NCBI GenBank assembly: GCA_027324805.1
Contig: DAHVRZ010000001.1
Coordinates: 66,945 to 130,944 of the forward strand
Reading direction: 5' to 3'
DNA from: Candidatus Parcubacteria bacterium
GTDB lineage: Bacteria > Patescibacteriota > Minisyncoccia > UBA6257 > 2-01-FULL-56-20
DNA: 64,000 nucleotides
Part shown: positions 38,489 to 48,058 of the stretch, piece by piece
Layout of the letters: each line of letters begins with the position of its first letter
How positions within the stretch are numbered: position 1 is the stretch's first letter
Made by a program: the position numbers and the translations under genes
The notes under the pieces: generated by a model
Told to the model about the DNA's origin: nothing
What the model saw: the letters and a program-made list of their open reading frames with translations, nothing else
Database searches by the model: none

Positions 38489-38566
38489 ATCTAGGTAATT
38501 ATAAAAATTTTTGACGACATCGTCAAAATCGACGACGGTGGGATGGTTATGATATTTACTACAATA

Positions 38567-38938
38567 TTATTCGCCGAACCAATGATAATGATAGACGACG
38601 GAAAGGTATATTCCGGCAAGGATAAAGAAGCCCAAGAGTCCGGCCCCGATCGCAATCCGTGAGCCATAACGAGGGGCTAAATAAGCCACAATTATCATAT
38701 AAGGCACCCAGGAGACGAGCGTACCGGCGAGTACGAACCATGCGCTTTCACCGACGGCTTTAGGACCGCTCGATTCGCCGATGAACGCGTACGCGACAAG
38801 TGTGAAGACGGGCATGAGCGTTGCGAAGCCGGAGAGAAGGCGATAGCCGCTTTCTTCGGCGGCAACGATGAGGGTAGTGAATATCCCGCCAGTCAGGAAA
38901 TAGATGAGGTAGCTTTTGAGCATCGGTCTTGTCCCCAA
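38567..38938 (-). CDS. small 4-TM membrane protein, unknown function
   Basis: Hydrophobic throughout. A palindrome/terminator lies directly downstream at 38500-38522. Confidence 0.5.
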   Translation of the reverse strand: MGTRPMLKSYLIYFLTGGIFTTLIVAAEESGYRLLSGFATLMPVFTLVAYAFIGESSGPKAVGESAWFVLAGTLVSWVPYMIIVAYLAPRYGSRIAIGAGLLGFFILAGIYLSVVYHYHWFGE

Positions 38939-39618
38939 GGGAAACGGTTGTGGATAATTTTATGATAACATATATTAATCATATGCCTGCAGCTTATCGC
39001 ACTTTCTTCACCAAAGATCACATTCGATCGCTTCTTGTTGCGCTTGTCTTGCTTGGTCTCGCAGTTGTTTTCCAATTTTATGCATCCGCGTATTCGAGTA
39101 GGGTGCCGAGCAATTCCGTACCGGACCTCATCCTCAATATCCTGCCGATTGTCAACACTAATTTTTTGATCGTCGAAGGCGCGCTTTTCGCGATTGCCGG
39201 CACGATCATCTTGTTGCTTTTCAAGCCCAAATATCTCATTTTTTCCCTTAAGGCCGCAGCGATTTTTATCGCAACGCGCGCTGTATTCGTGTCGGTGACT
39301 CATCTCGGTATTTATCCGGGCCAGATCGGGCCGGATGGTACGGGTCTTTTTGACGGTATTTATACCGGCCTCGGCCTTGAAGCGGGATTTTTCTTTTCGG
39401 GGCATACGGGACTCACATTCCTTATGGCGCTTATCTTTTGGGAAGAACGTTTCTGGCGTTATATATATCTTGTTCTTTGCGTGACATTCGCCATCGGTGT
39501 CCTGCTTGCTCATGTTCATTATTCGATCGATGTGCTTGCGGCCCCTTATATTACCTACAGTATTTTTTCCATCTCCAAATATTTCTTCAAGGAGGACTAC
39601 GCCCTTATTTCTTCGTAG
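38929..39618 (+). CDS. PAP2-superfamily membrane protein (PAP2_C-like)
   Basis: Multi-TM protein. SGHT and HVHYSID motifs correspond to PAP2 motifs 2 and 3. The likely start is an internal Met (~38962). Confidence 0.55.
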   Translation: MSPRETVVDNFMITYINHMPAAYRTFFTKDHIRSLLVALVLLGLAVVFQFYASAYSSRVPSNSVPDLILNILPIVNTNFLIVEGALFAIAGTIILLLFKPKYLIFSLKAAAIFIATRAVFVSVTHLGIYPGQIGPDGTGLFDGIYTGLGLEAGFFFSGHTGLTFLMALIFWEERFWRYIYLVLCVTFAIGVLLAHVHYSIDVLAAPYITYSIFSISKYFFKEDYALISS

Positions 39619-39636
39619 CGGGTCCTCGCTCTCGAT

Positions 39637-40149
39637 CTATGCTTTCTTTCGTTTGCCAATAGCAAAACGATAAAGAACTCCCGCGATAAGCACTATCACG
39701 ATACTGCCTGCGATGTCTATCGCGTGGTGGACGCCGGTGTATATGCGCGCCCAGCCAATAAGGAGCGCGAGGGTCCAAAGGACCCAACTCCACTTCCTAC
39801 TGTAGAACCAGATGACCATCGCTACGGCACCTGTGAGAAGTACGTGATCCGAAGGGAATCCGTTGTCTGCGGCGTGCGCTATGAGCGGGGTGAAATGACC
39901 GACGACAAAAGGACGTGGGTCGTAATAAAAAAGCGATGATATGCGCGAGATCGCGTATGCGAGCGGGGCGATAATAGCGCCGCAAATCACCATGCTTTTT
40001 TTTATTGTGAGCGGTTGGATGATAAAGAATATTGCCGCAATGAGCAATACGAAAAGATAAAGATATTGGGCAATAAAGACCGCTGCGGCGTCGATAAGCA
40101 TTCGTGTAGTATAATGAAACAAAGGCCGAAGAACAACAACACCCCTCAT
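39637..40149 (-). CDS. PAP2 family phosphatase (undecaprenyl-diphosphatase/PgpB-like)
   Basis: YDPRPF (motif 1), PSDH (motif 2) and ARIYTGVHHAIDIAGS (motif 3) are present. The ORF extends to 40365 but its N-terminal 72 aa look non-coding, so the chosen start is Met at 40149. Confidence 0.7.
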   Translation of the reverse strand: MRGVVVLRPLFHYTTRMLIDAAAVFIAQYLYLFVLLIAAIFFIIQPLTIKKSMVICGAIIAPLAYAISRISSLFYYDPRPFVVGHFTPLIAHAADNGFPSDHVLLTGAVAMVIWFYSRKWSWVLWTLALLIGWARIYTGVHHAIDIAGSIVIVLIAGVLYRFAIGKRKKA

Positions 40150-40155
40150 TTTATT

Positions 40156-40326
40156 ATGTGGAAACAGTGGGTTAATTTCATTCTTGGAATTGCCGTCATC
40201 GCGATGGCGTATATGGGCGGCAATCACACCACGAGATTCGTCGCTGCAGGAGCCCTCATCGCGATCCTCGCTCTTTGGGCCGCGCTCGGCAATAAGAAAC
40301 CCGGTGCACCAATGCAGTCGCAATAG
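40156..40326 (+). CDS. possible small 2-TM membrane protein
   Basis: MWKQWVNFILGIAVIAMAYMGGNHTTRFVAAGALIAILALWAALGNKKPGAPMQSQ. Only 6 bp from the divergent PAP2 start. Confidence 0.25.
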   Translation: MWKQWVNFILGIAVIAMAYMGGNHTTRFVAAGALIAILALWAALGNKKPGAPMQSQ

Positions 40327-40479
40327 TGCCGGACGTCGTGCAGTCGTGGAAAGCGGCCCTCTCAAAGGGCCGTTTTAAATTTGTTCCTTGGATCGCATCG
40401 CGCCGGCTTGACTCGGAGGGGGATATGACCAATAGTGATACCAGCATTCCCGGCAGTTTAGGGAAGAGAAAGAGGGCAA

Positions 40480-41106
40480 ATGAACTATTTGCAGAAGATT
40501 GAAGACGCCAAGCGGCTGATCGAACGTGCGGTTCTCGATTATCCGAATATCTGCCTCGGCAGTTCCTTCGGTAAAGATTCGATGGTGACGCTGGCTCTCG
40601 TCATTTCCGTGAGGCCAAAGATCCCGGTCTTCTCGATCATGGCCGAGACTGAATTCCCCGAAACCTATGAACTCGCCGATAGGGTTGCACGGGAATATGA
40701 CCTTAATTACACCGAGTACGTTTTCGCCCAGGAAGCCGGCGGAAAATGCTGCGGTCGCCCAAAGGTTGAAAAAACGAAGGAGGCGTTGCGCAGCTACGAT
40801 GCCTGGATATCGGGCGTCCGGAAGACCGAAGGGATCACCCGATCCGACTTCGAGCCGGTGGAAGAGAAGAACGGGCTGGTGAAGATCAACCCGATCCTCG
40901 AGTTCACCGAACTCGATATTTGGAGGTACACGGCACTGAATCATCTCCCGGTCAATCCGATCTATCAACGGGGGTACCGGAGTCTCGGATGCGCATTGTG
41001 CTCCTTCCCTGAGGAAGACGAGTGCGAGACGGAACGCGCCGGCCGATGGAAGGGCACCGAGAATGCCTGCGGCGAGTGCGGGATCCACACCCAGCCTCTC
41101 AGGTGA
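40480..41106 (+). CDS. phosphoadenosine-phosphosulfate (PAPS/APS) reductase family protein, CysH-like
   Basis: PP-loop-like SFGKDS motif. C-terminal catalytic-Cys signature ECGIH (ECGLH in CysH). Confidence 0.75.
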   Translation: MNYLQKIEDAKRLIERAVLDYPNICLGSSFGKDSMVTLALVISVRPKIPVFSIMAETEFPETYELADRVAREYDLNYTEYVFAQEAGGKCCGRPKVEKTKEALRSYDAWISGVRKTEGITRSDFEPVEEKNGLVKINPILEFTELDIWRYTALNHLPVNPIYQRGYRSLGCALCSFPEEDECETERAGRWKGTENACGECGIHTQPLR

Positions 41107-41122
41107 TTTCAAGGAGGGAGCT

Positions 41123-41330
41123 CGTGGACGATCAGCATCGACGATCTTTCGCTAAAGCGGTAAGCTGGCGGCTTGTCGGCACATTCATCACCTCTCTCCT
41201 CGTGCTTGTTTTTACGGGGCAGTGGATGCTTTCCTTCGGTATTGGCGCCTTGGACTTCGTGACAAAGATATTTGTTTTCTATGCTCACGAACGCCTGTGG
41301 CTTGTCGTGCCTTGGGGCATCAAAAAGTGA
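41123..41330 (+). CDS. DUF2061 small membrane protein
   Basis: RBS AAGGAGGG then GTG start. SFAKAVSWRLVGTFITSLLVLVFTGQ...VTKIFVFYAHERLWLVVPWG is the DUF2061 signature. Confidence 0.6.
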
Positions 41331-41657
41331 GGACAATCAGTCGTGCGCTGGCTCAAAAGGTCAGCGCACTTTTCATTTTATTTAATGAGGGGCCAGACTT
41401 TTCTCTTCAGAGATTTTCACTCATTCAACAAACAACTGCAATTTCTTTGAGCTGGGACGCGGCACAATATCGTGGATATCTCACCTTCAGATTTGATGAA
41501 GTTTTACACGGTCTATCCCCCGCCGTATCACGAGAGCGGCATCATCCATCAAAAGAGGATGGATGCCATTGTCGGCGACAAGCCGTTCAATGGCAAGACG
41601 ACGGAATAAGGAGAGTTTGGGGTGCCTTGGGGATGATTCCAGGACCTATTTGATGAT

Positions 41658-42176
41658 TTATTTGCGAAGAAAAATCCAAATTGAGGCTATATCATAACCG
41701 ATACCGAGTCCAGTGCCAGCGAAAAGTTTCGGCTTCCCCATGAATACTGTTGGCCGGCCGTCGGTGTCGTATTCTACGTGATCTGTGCCTTCAAGGCTGA
41801 ATGTGGCGTTATTGCCTCGATCATCGGCAATCGGCTGCATGGCGATATACATTCCAACTAGTACGGCATAATTGGGGAAAGTGGGATCTATCAAAAGAAG
41901 CTCCGGTCCTACCTCCGGAGGGACGAGCCGAAACCCCATTCGCTCTGCACGATCATAGATTTCTTCTCTTTGAGGCCTTGCGGTAAAACCGAGTTCACTT
42001 GGCGTTATCTCTACCACTGAGATCTTTTTTGGGGTCGCTTCTAATGGCATTTTCTCTAAAATTCGGGATGCAAACGGAGTAATCTCTATATTTTTTTCCG
42101 TGAGCACCTTCACCATTTGATCCGTTGAGGTAAAGTTGCCTATAACAATTTCCCGCCACTTATTTTTTTTATCCAT
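41658..42176 (-). CDS. hypothetical protein
   Basis: 172-aa ORF with no recognisable motif. Confidence 0.5.
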   Translation of the reverse strand: MDKKNKWREIVIGNFTSTDQMVKVLTEKNIEITPFASRILEKMPLEATPKKISVVEITPSELGFTARPQREEIYDRAERMGFRLVPPEVGPELLLIDPTFPNYAVLVGMYIAMQPIADDRGNNATFSLEGTDHVEYDTDGRPTVFMGKPKLFAGTGLGIGYDIASIWIFLRK

Positions 42177-42270
42177 ACTTTAATTGTAACAATTCATCGA
42201 ATATCCAAACCTCGGAATTATCCCCAATTTACCTGCTTAATAAGCAGTTCCAGTCAGAAAAGAAACATAA

Positions 42271-42310
42271 GGGGTGCCTTAGTGGAGGAAGTCAGAACCT
42301 GCTTGATGCG
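42271..42310 (+). repeat. copy 1 of a ~38-nt conserved intergenic motif (GGGUGCCUnnGUGGAGGAAGUCAGnACCUGCUUG)
   Basis: About 31/36 identical to the copy at 43428-43465. Same orientation. Located just downstream of the DUF805 gene. Confidence 0.7.
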
Positions 42311-42344
42311 TAGATAGTGAAAAGAAAGCCCTCTAGTAAAGGTT

Positions 42345-43376
42345 CTAGTGAGTAATGCTAAATGGAGAACTGAGTGCGTTCGTGGCTCCATATCCGACTA
42401 CTACCTCATAATTGTTACCCGGAGGTACATCGGATGGCACCGTCCAGAAATAATTTCCTACGTAGCTCCCCGTCGATGCCGGAGTATTACTTACTATCCC
42501 GTATTGATCGCCACTCGACTCATTTATGAGATTGATCGAAACGGTGGTCAGGCCAGAGGAGTTCCACGAAATTCTTTCCTTTTCCCCCATCTTCCATAAC
42601 GACCCTTGGATCGGCGAGACTATCTGAATCGAGGCCTTTGCTTGTGGCGCAGCTTGATGCGTGGTTACTGGCACACTCGTTGCAGAGTTAGCGGTCGTCG
42701 TTGCCGCAGGGAGAGTTGTCAAAGGAGAAGTGGTCACTGGGGCACTTCCCGAACTCGTTGTATTAGTGGAAGATGTCGTAAGGGGATTTGCATATTCCTG
42801 AGCGAATTTTTGTTCTTGTTGCTGTGCGTATTGATTTTGCCGTCCAATTACATAGAAACTTATCACAAAATAGAGGGCGCACAGAACGAGCGTCACTATG
42901 ATTTTAAAGACGACATTGCTACCCAGGTGATTGGGAAAATCATTATGATTCTTCTCCGGCGGCAGCGGATCGTCACCGTACTGATTCGGCCCCGCTGTCC
43001 CGGATTGGAGGAGAAGGCCCAGAAGGAGATAGACATCGAAGACAGGGACGAGCATTGCGAGTACGTACCAGCCTGATTTCCCGAGGTCGTGAAAGCGTCG
43101 TAAGGTTATAAAGACCGTAAAAATAAAAACGACAATATAAAAAAGGAATGTAACAAGTTCCGCTATAATAAAATTGGAAACAAGAACAGAAGAAATTAAA
43201 TAAGAGCCGCCTATGTTAACAACGGCCAACACAACGCTCCAAACGAGAAAACGCAAACGGCCCATTCGACCACCAATTTTCATGCTTTTATTATAGCAAA
43301 TGCCTTCGCCGAAAATTTTACAATACACCGCATTTTTACTTGTAGGTCCGAACAGAGGGCTTTTCTGTGCTCCCAA
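42345..43376 (-). CDS. DUF805 membrane protein with Ser/Thr-rich linker and C-terminal extracellular domain
   Basis: RRFHDLGKSGWYVLAMLVPVFDVYLLLGLLLQSGTAGPNQYGDDP is the DUF805 signature. The C-terminal half is Thr/Ser-rich. Confidence 0.65.
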   Translation of the reverse strand: MGAQKSPLFGPTSKNAVYCKIFGEGICYNKSMKIGGRMGRLRFLVWSVVLAVVNIGGSYLISSVLVSNFIIAELVTFLFYIVVFIFTVFITLRRFHDLGKSGWYVLAMLVPVFDVYLLLGLLLQSGTAGPNQYGDDPLPPEKNHNDFPNHLGSNVVFKIIVTLVLCALYFVISFYVIGRQNQYAQQQEQKFAQEYANPLTTSSTNTTSSGSAPVTTSPLTTLPAATTTANSATSVPVTTHQAAPQAKASIQIVSPIQGSLWKMGEKERISWNSSGLTTVSINLINESSGDQYGIVSNTPASTGSYVGNYFWTVPSDVPPGNNYEVVVGYGATNALSSPFSITH

Positions 43377-43427
43377 AATATATAATAAGCCCCACTATGG
43401 GGTAGTAACCCGCCAATATTCTATCGC

Positions 43428-43465
43428 TGGGTGCCTGGGTGGAGGAAGTCAGGACCTGCTTGGCG
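43428..43465 (+). repeat. copy 2 of the conserved intergenic motif
   Basis: TGGGTGCCTGGGTGGAGGAAGTCAGGACCTGCTTGGCG, upstream of the DUF805 gene. Confidence 0.7.
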
Positions 43466-43516
43466 AAATTATGATTCCCGAGGGTGTGCATCAATCCTTC
43501 GAATTGAGCGAGAACA

Positions 43517-44176
43517 CTATTCTGCTACGAGAGGAACTTTAACTTCCTCGACTAATTCATATTTCTCAGCCCCCTCCTTTTTCCCGTAGAGGGACACAGA
43601 TACGCTGGAGACCGTAATCTCCCGTCCCTCAATCGAAGTGAGGTTCTTTCTCGACTCCTCAATGTCGGCCTGCGGTTTTTCAAAAGGGATTTCGCCGAGC
43701 GTGATATGGGGATCAAAATCGTCTTGGGGAGGGCGAAGCATTTCATAATTGGCTCTTGTACCATCAGTATGGATCCCTTCGCGCTCGAGCCGCTCGTTAG
43801 TCTTCTCGCGGATGAAAGGACTTCGATAAGGATCGGCAAGTTTTGTTATTTCGTTTCGGAGTACGCGAATCTGTTCTTTATTTGAAACTTCCATGACATA
43901 CAAGTTACGACGGCGGTTTTCTTCGTGCCGCACCTCCGGCGGGAGCAGTGAGATGGTAAAAGGTTTAATACGAAGCGGGCGGAGTTCCTCCAGCAGTTTC
44001 GGGTATCCCTCTTCGGTATAGCTGTCGAGGTAAAGGGTGATATGCGGCTCCGACTTGTAGCTGCTGCCGTATTCGGCAATATAGCGCTGCTTCTCCTCTC
44101 GCAATACGCGAGTGATATCGTCCGGGAATGTTATTCGAATGCTGATCTCGCATTTCATGGGAATGGATATGTTCAT
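43517..44176 (-). CDS. 2H phosphoesterase superfamily protein (LigT/2'-5' RNA ligase-like)
   Basis: Two H-x-T-x motifs: EPHITLY and DPHITLG. Confidence 0.7.
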   Translation of the reverse strand: MNISIPMKCEISIRITFPDDITRVLREEKQRYIAEYGSSYKSEPHITLYLDSYTEEGYPKLLEELRPLRIKPFTISLLPPEVRHEENRRRNLYVMEVSNKEQIRVLRNEITKLADPYRSPFIREKTNERLEREGIHTDGTRANYEMLRPPQDDFDPHITLGEIPFEKPQADIEESRKNLTSIEGREITVSSVSVSLYGKKEGAEKYELVEEVKVPLVAE

Positions 44177-44245
44177 TGTATCAAAGAATGAATCGGCCCA
44201 CCTCTCGAAAGAAGTGGGCCAGATTGCTTGTGTGATTTTGCTGTT

Positions 44246-44680
44246 CTAGTGGAACAGCTCGTAGTTGACGGTACTCGCGCTCACGATCGGTCTCAGTCGC
44301 TCCTCAAGCTCGGGGAAGAGCTCGTACATGGATGACATGAAGAGCCCCAGCGCCTGATAGACATATAGCACGTCCCCCATCTGAACCGCCTTGCCGATGA
44401 ATCCATTGTAGGCGGCCTTTACGAGGGGGAGATCTGTCCTGCGGCGAACGCAGGCAACATCGAGGCGGCCATGGTCGTTTTGGATATGCCACCAATAGCC
44501 ATTTCCTGTTGCCTTGCTCACGTAATCGAGGTGGCGATCCGGGCTCATCTGGATCAATCCAAGTACGGAGGATACCGTGCAGTGGATGTCCTCGCGCATC
44601 CGATCAATGTTGCGCATGCCGGTGGGGATCGCGCGGGCGATCTTCGTAAATTCGAGTTCAGCTTTCAGTTCCGTATTCAT
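44246..44680 (-). CDS. hypothetical protein
   Basis: 144-aa ORF with no recognisable motif. Confidence 0.5.
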   Translation of the reverse strand: MNTELKAELEFTKIARAIPTGMRNIDRMREDIHCTVSSVLGLIQMSPDRHLDYVSKATGNGYWWHIQNDHGRLDVACVRRRTDLPLVKAAYNGFIGKAVQMGDVLYVYQALGLFMSSMYELFPELEERLRPIVSASTVNYELFH

Positions 44681-44778
44681 AACTCCTCCTCAGGAGTGCT
44701 CTCTCGAGCGTGGATTTGTCCGAACATCTCTATTCGGGACTGCCTAAATTATAGCATATATAAATATACTGTCAAGCT

Positions 44779-44850
44779 GGGTGCCTAACGGGAATCGAAC
44801 CCGTATCATCGGAGCCACAATCCGAGGCTCTACCATTAAGCTATAGGCAC
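44779..44850 (-). tRNA. tRNA-His (anticodon GUG) with encoded G-1
   Basis: G GTGCCTA TA GCTT AATGGTA GAGC C TCGGA TTGTGGC TCCGA TGAT ACGGG TTCGATT CCCGT TAGGCAC C. G-1 pairs with C73. No CCA encoded. Confidence 0.85.
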
Positions 44851-44913
44851 CATGATTCACGGTCCTGCGGACCGCTTCATACGCCAATATACAGCGTTTC
44901 GGCTGGTTTTTCA

Positions 44914-46188
44914 ATGGTTTTGGAGTATGATAACCCCATGGACTATTCTTCGCTGCAAAAAGAAGATCCGCGGATATACGAGATCATCAAGCGGGAGGAA
45001 CAGCGGCAGAAAGAAGGCATCGAGCTTATCGCGAGCGAGAATTATGTTTCGCCCGCGGTGCTCGAGGCGATGGGATCCGTGCTTACGAATAAATACAGCG
45101 AAGGGTATCCCGGAAAACGCTATTACGGCGGCAATGAGGTGATTGACCAAGCGGAAGAACTGGCGGTTTCGCGCGCAAAGGAACTTTTCGGAGCGGAGCA
45201 CGTGAATGTCCAACCACTGTCCGGTTCACCTGCGAACCTCGCAGTGTACATGGCGCTTTTGCGGCCGGGCGATAAAGTTCTTGGATTCTCTCTCGACCAG
45301 GGAGGGCATCTTTCGCATGGACATCCGCTGAACTTTTCCGGGAAGCTTTATGCGATCGTGCCGTACTTTGTGAACAAGGATACGGAGATAATCGATATGG
45401 ACGAGGTGGAAGCCATTGCGGTGCGCGAAAAGCCGAAGATGATCCTTGCGGGCTTTTCCGCCTATTCGCGTTCGATGGATTGGAGGCGTTTCCGCGAGAT
45501 CGCAGATAAAGTGGGTGCATTCCTCTTTGCGGATATCGCTCATATTGCAGGTTTGGTTGCCGGCAAGCAGCTTGAAAATCCGGTGCCGTACTGCGACGTC
45601 GTTTCGACAACCACGCACAAAACCCTTCGGGGGCCGCGCGGGGCGATGATCATGTGCCGCGAGCAGTTTGCATCCGCGATTGACAAAGCCGTCTTCCCGG
45701 GCGTGCAGGGCGGTCCCCATGATCACATCAATGCGGCGAAGGCGGTGGCATACGGCGAGGCGCTTAAGCCCGAATTCGGGACATACGCTGCGAACGTGAT
45801 AGTGAACGCTCGGGCGCTCGCCGCCGCGCTCCAGGAGAAAGGATATCGGATCGTATCCGGCGGCACGGACAATCATTTGATGCTTGTTGACGTGTTCGGG
45901 AGCAAGGGTGTCACCGGCAAAGAGGCGGAGCGTGCGCTTGAGCGGGTCGGCATCTCGATCAATAAAAATATGATCCCATTCGACGCGCGCAAACCTCTCG
46001 ATCCATCGGGTATCCGCCTCGGCACGCCTGCGCTTACGACGCGCGGCGCCGGCGAAAACGATATGCGGACGGTGGCAGACCTTATCGATGAAGCGCTCAC
46101 AAAACGCGCGGATGAGGCCGCGCTCGCGGGCGTCCGGGAAGACGTCAAAAAGTTTTCACTGAGATTTCCCGTGCCGGGGATCGAGTGA
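44914..46188 (+). CDS. glyA: serine hydroxymethyltransferase
   Basis: [38 protein letters not shown] and the PLP-Lys region [11 protein letters not shown]. An alternative start lies at 44938. Confidence 0.95.
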   Translation: MVLEYDNPMDYSSLQKEDPRIYEIIKREEQRQKEGIELIASENYVSPAVLEAMGSVLTNKYSEGYPGKRYYGGNEVIDQAEELAVSRAKELFGAEHVNVQPLSGSPANLAVYMALLRPGDKVLGFSLDQGGHLSHGHPLNFSGKLYAIVPYFVNKDTEIIDMDEVEAIAVREKPKMILAGFSAYSRSMDWRRFREIADKVGAFLFADIAHIAGLVAGKQLENPVPYCDVVSTTTHKTLRGPRGAMIMCREQFASAIDKAVFPGVQGGPHDHINAAKAVAYGEALKPEFGTYAANVIVNARALAAALQEKGYRIVSGGTDNHLMLVDVFGSKGVTGKEAERALERVGISINKNMIPFDARKPLDPSGIRLGTPALTTRGAGENDMRTVADLIDEALTKRADEAALAGVREDVKKFSLRFPVPGIE

Positions 46189-46848
46189 TTGGGACGGTTC
46201 GGAACGGAGTACCGTACTATGATTCGCATGGCTGTTTCCCATCGCGCGAAGGTAGCGCATCTCAAAAAGAAGGATCCCGTTTTGAAAGCGGTGATTGAAA
46301 GGGTCAGACTGAAGGAACTCGCTTTCATAAAGGGGCGTTTTGAGGCACTCGTCGAAGCGATCGTGAGTCAGCAACTTTCGGTAAAGGCAGCCGATACTAT
46401 CTTTGCGCGTTTTGTCGCGCTCACGCCCGGTAAAGCATTTCCTACGCCGAAGAAGGTGCTTGCCATTCCTTCGGCGCGCATGCGGAAGTGCGGTCTTTCG
46501 AAAATGAAAGTGAGCTTCATCAAGGACCTTGCGCGGAACGTGCTCGACGGAAAGGTGGATTTCAAAAAGATGGATTCATGGAGCGATGAGGAGGTGATCG
46601 AGCACCTTATGCAGGTGAAGGGGATCGGACGGTGGACCGCGGAAATGTTCCTTATCTTTTCGCTCGGCCGCGATGATGTTTTTTCCTATGGCGATCTCGG
46701 TCTGCGGAATGCAATGCGGAAACTCTATAATATGAGGGTGCATCCCACGGAGAAGCGCGCGCTTGCGCTCGTCGCCAAGTGGTCGCCGTACCGCAGTCTC
46801 GCCTCCCGCTATCTTTGGGCAAGTTTGAAGAACACCCCGCAATCATGA
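46189..46848 (+). CDS. HhH-GPD DNA glycosylase (AlkA/3-methyladenine glycosylase II-like)
   Basis: HhH-GPD motif VKGIGRWTAEMFLIFSLGRDDVFSYGDLGLRNA. The likely start is Met at ~46219. Confidence 0.75.
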   Translation: MGRFGTEYRTMIRMAVSHRAKVAHLKKKDPVLKAVIERVRLKELAFIKGRFEALVEAIVSQQLSVKAADTIFARFVALTPGKAFPTPKKVLAIPSARMRKCGLSKMKVSFIKDLARNVLDGKVDFKKMDSWSDEEVIEHLMQVKGIGRWTAEMFLIFSLGRDDVFSYGDLGLRNAMRKLYNMRVHPTEKRALALVAKWSPYRSLASRYLWASLKNTPQS

Positions 46849-46861
46849 TACGCTCAATCGC

Positions 46862-47677
46862 ATGATCATTGACGGAAAGGCCATCTCGGAAGAAGTGCTT
46901 GCGCGCCTGCGCCTGCTCCCGAAACCCGGACAATTTTTCGGTGCGGTGCTCGTCGGCGATGATCCGGCATCCATTAATTTCCTCAAGCAGAAAGAAAACG
47001 CCGCGCGAGAGCTTGGCATCGACTTCCGGCTTTATGAATTAGCAGGAGACATCACGACCGATGCGCTCCGCGCCGAGGTCGGCCGCCTGGCCGAGCCCAA
47101 GAACTGCGGCGCTCTCATCGTGCAGCTTCCGCTTCCGGAACGGGTGAACCGTTATTATGTCCTCAATGCAGTTCCAAAAACCAAAGATGCGGATTGCCTG
47201 GGCGAGCCCGCGCTTGGTGCGTTCTATACGGGACGGGGAAGGGTCGCGCCGCCGTCGGTCGCAACGGCCGAGGAGATTATAAAGCGGGAATTGGGAGACG
47301 ACCTGCGCGGCCTTAAGGCCGTCGTCGTAGGTGCCGGGTTCCTTATCGGCAAGCCCGTCGGATTCTGGCTCCAGAATCGGGTCGGCGAACTCGTGGTGCT
47401 CGATGCGGGTGTGCGCGATATTCACTCGCGCCTTGGGGATGCCGATATTGTGGTGAGCGGTGCAGGGAAGGCGCATCTCTTCGGTGCCGAACATCTGAAG
47501 CCCGGGACGCTCGTGATTGATTTTGGGTTCAACCGTAACGAGGAGGGGAAGGTTGTAGGCGACTTCGATCCCGCAGGTGCGGACGAAAAGGACATACGCT
47601 ATACGAAGACGCCGGGCGGTACGGGACCGCTCCTTGTGGCGAAGCTCTACGAAAATTTCTATACGTTGAATTCCTAA
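46862..47677 (+). CDS. folD: bifunctional methylenetetrahydrofolate dehydrogenase/cyclohydrolase
   Basis: MIIDGKAISEEV N-terminus and a Rossmann GxGxxxG motif VVGAGFLIGKPVG. 271 aa. Confidence 0.9.
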   Translation: MIIDGKAISEEVLARLRLLPKPGQFFGAVLVGDDPASINFLKQKENAARELGIDFRLYELAGDITTDALRAEVGRLAEPKNCGALIVQLPLPERVNRYYVLNAVPKTKDADCLGEPALGAFYTGRGRVAPPSVATAEEIIKRELGDDLRGLKAVVVGAGFLIGKPVGFWLQNRVGELVVLDAGVRDIHSRLGDADIVVSGAGKAHLFGAEHLKPGTLVIDFGFNRNEEGKVVGDFDPAGADEKDIRYTKTPGGTGPLLVAKLYENFYTLNS

Positions 47678-47679
47678 GG

Positions 47680-47751
47680 TGCGCGCTCGAGGGATCGAAC
47701 CCCGGACCCACTCCGTGTAAAGGAGTTGCTCTACCACTGAGCTAAGCGCGC
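47680..47751 (-). tRNA. tRNA-Val (anticodon UAC)
   Basis: GCGCGCT TA GCTC AGTGGTA GAGC A ACTCC TTTACAC GGAGT GGGTC CGGGG TTCGATC CCTCG AGCGCGC A. Confidence 0.85.
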
Positions 47752-47793
47752 ATGCCTGCTTATCTTACAGAGTTGTTCACAAGTTTTCCAGTG

Positions 47794-47864
47794 TCGGGCC
47801 GCTGGGAATCGAACCCAGTCAACGTGCTCCCAAAGCACGCGTACTACCGGTATACGACGGCCCG
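47794..47864 (-). tRNA. tRNA-Pro (anticodon UGG)
   Basis: CGGGCCG TC GTAT ACCGGTA GTAC G CGTGC TTTGGGA GCACG TTGA CTGGG TTCGATT CCCAG CGGCCCG A. G at position 37. Confidence 0.8.
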
Positions 47865-47926
47865 GACGTAATTCATCTCCGCCCTTTAAACTATCGCATT
47901 TTTGGTTTATTATCAATGCGCGAAGC

Positions 47927-47999
47927 GCCTCCGTAGCTCAATGGATCAGAGCAGGACTCTTCTAAGGTCTTGATGTAGGTTCGATTCCTACCGGGGGTA
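47927..47999 (+). tRNA. tRNA-Arg (anticodon UCU)
   Basis: GCCTCCG TA GCTC AATGGATCA GAGC A GGACT CTTCTAA GGTCT TGAT GTAGG TTCGATT CCTAC CGGGGGT A. The anticodon loop matches E. coli argU. Confidence 0.8.
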
Positions 48000-48058
48000 C
48001 ATGTAAATGAAAAGCCCGCAGTGCAAACGTGTTGCACTGCGGGGCGGGGACTGTTGCG

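Noticed and set aside
41340-41657. 318-nt gap with ORF-track entry 41222-41653 (+)
   Set aside because: The ORF has no RBS, no motif and a biased composition. The region is probably non-coding, possibly a gene remnant. No specific RNA family recognised.
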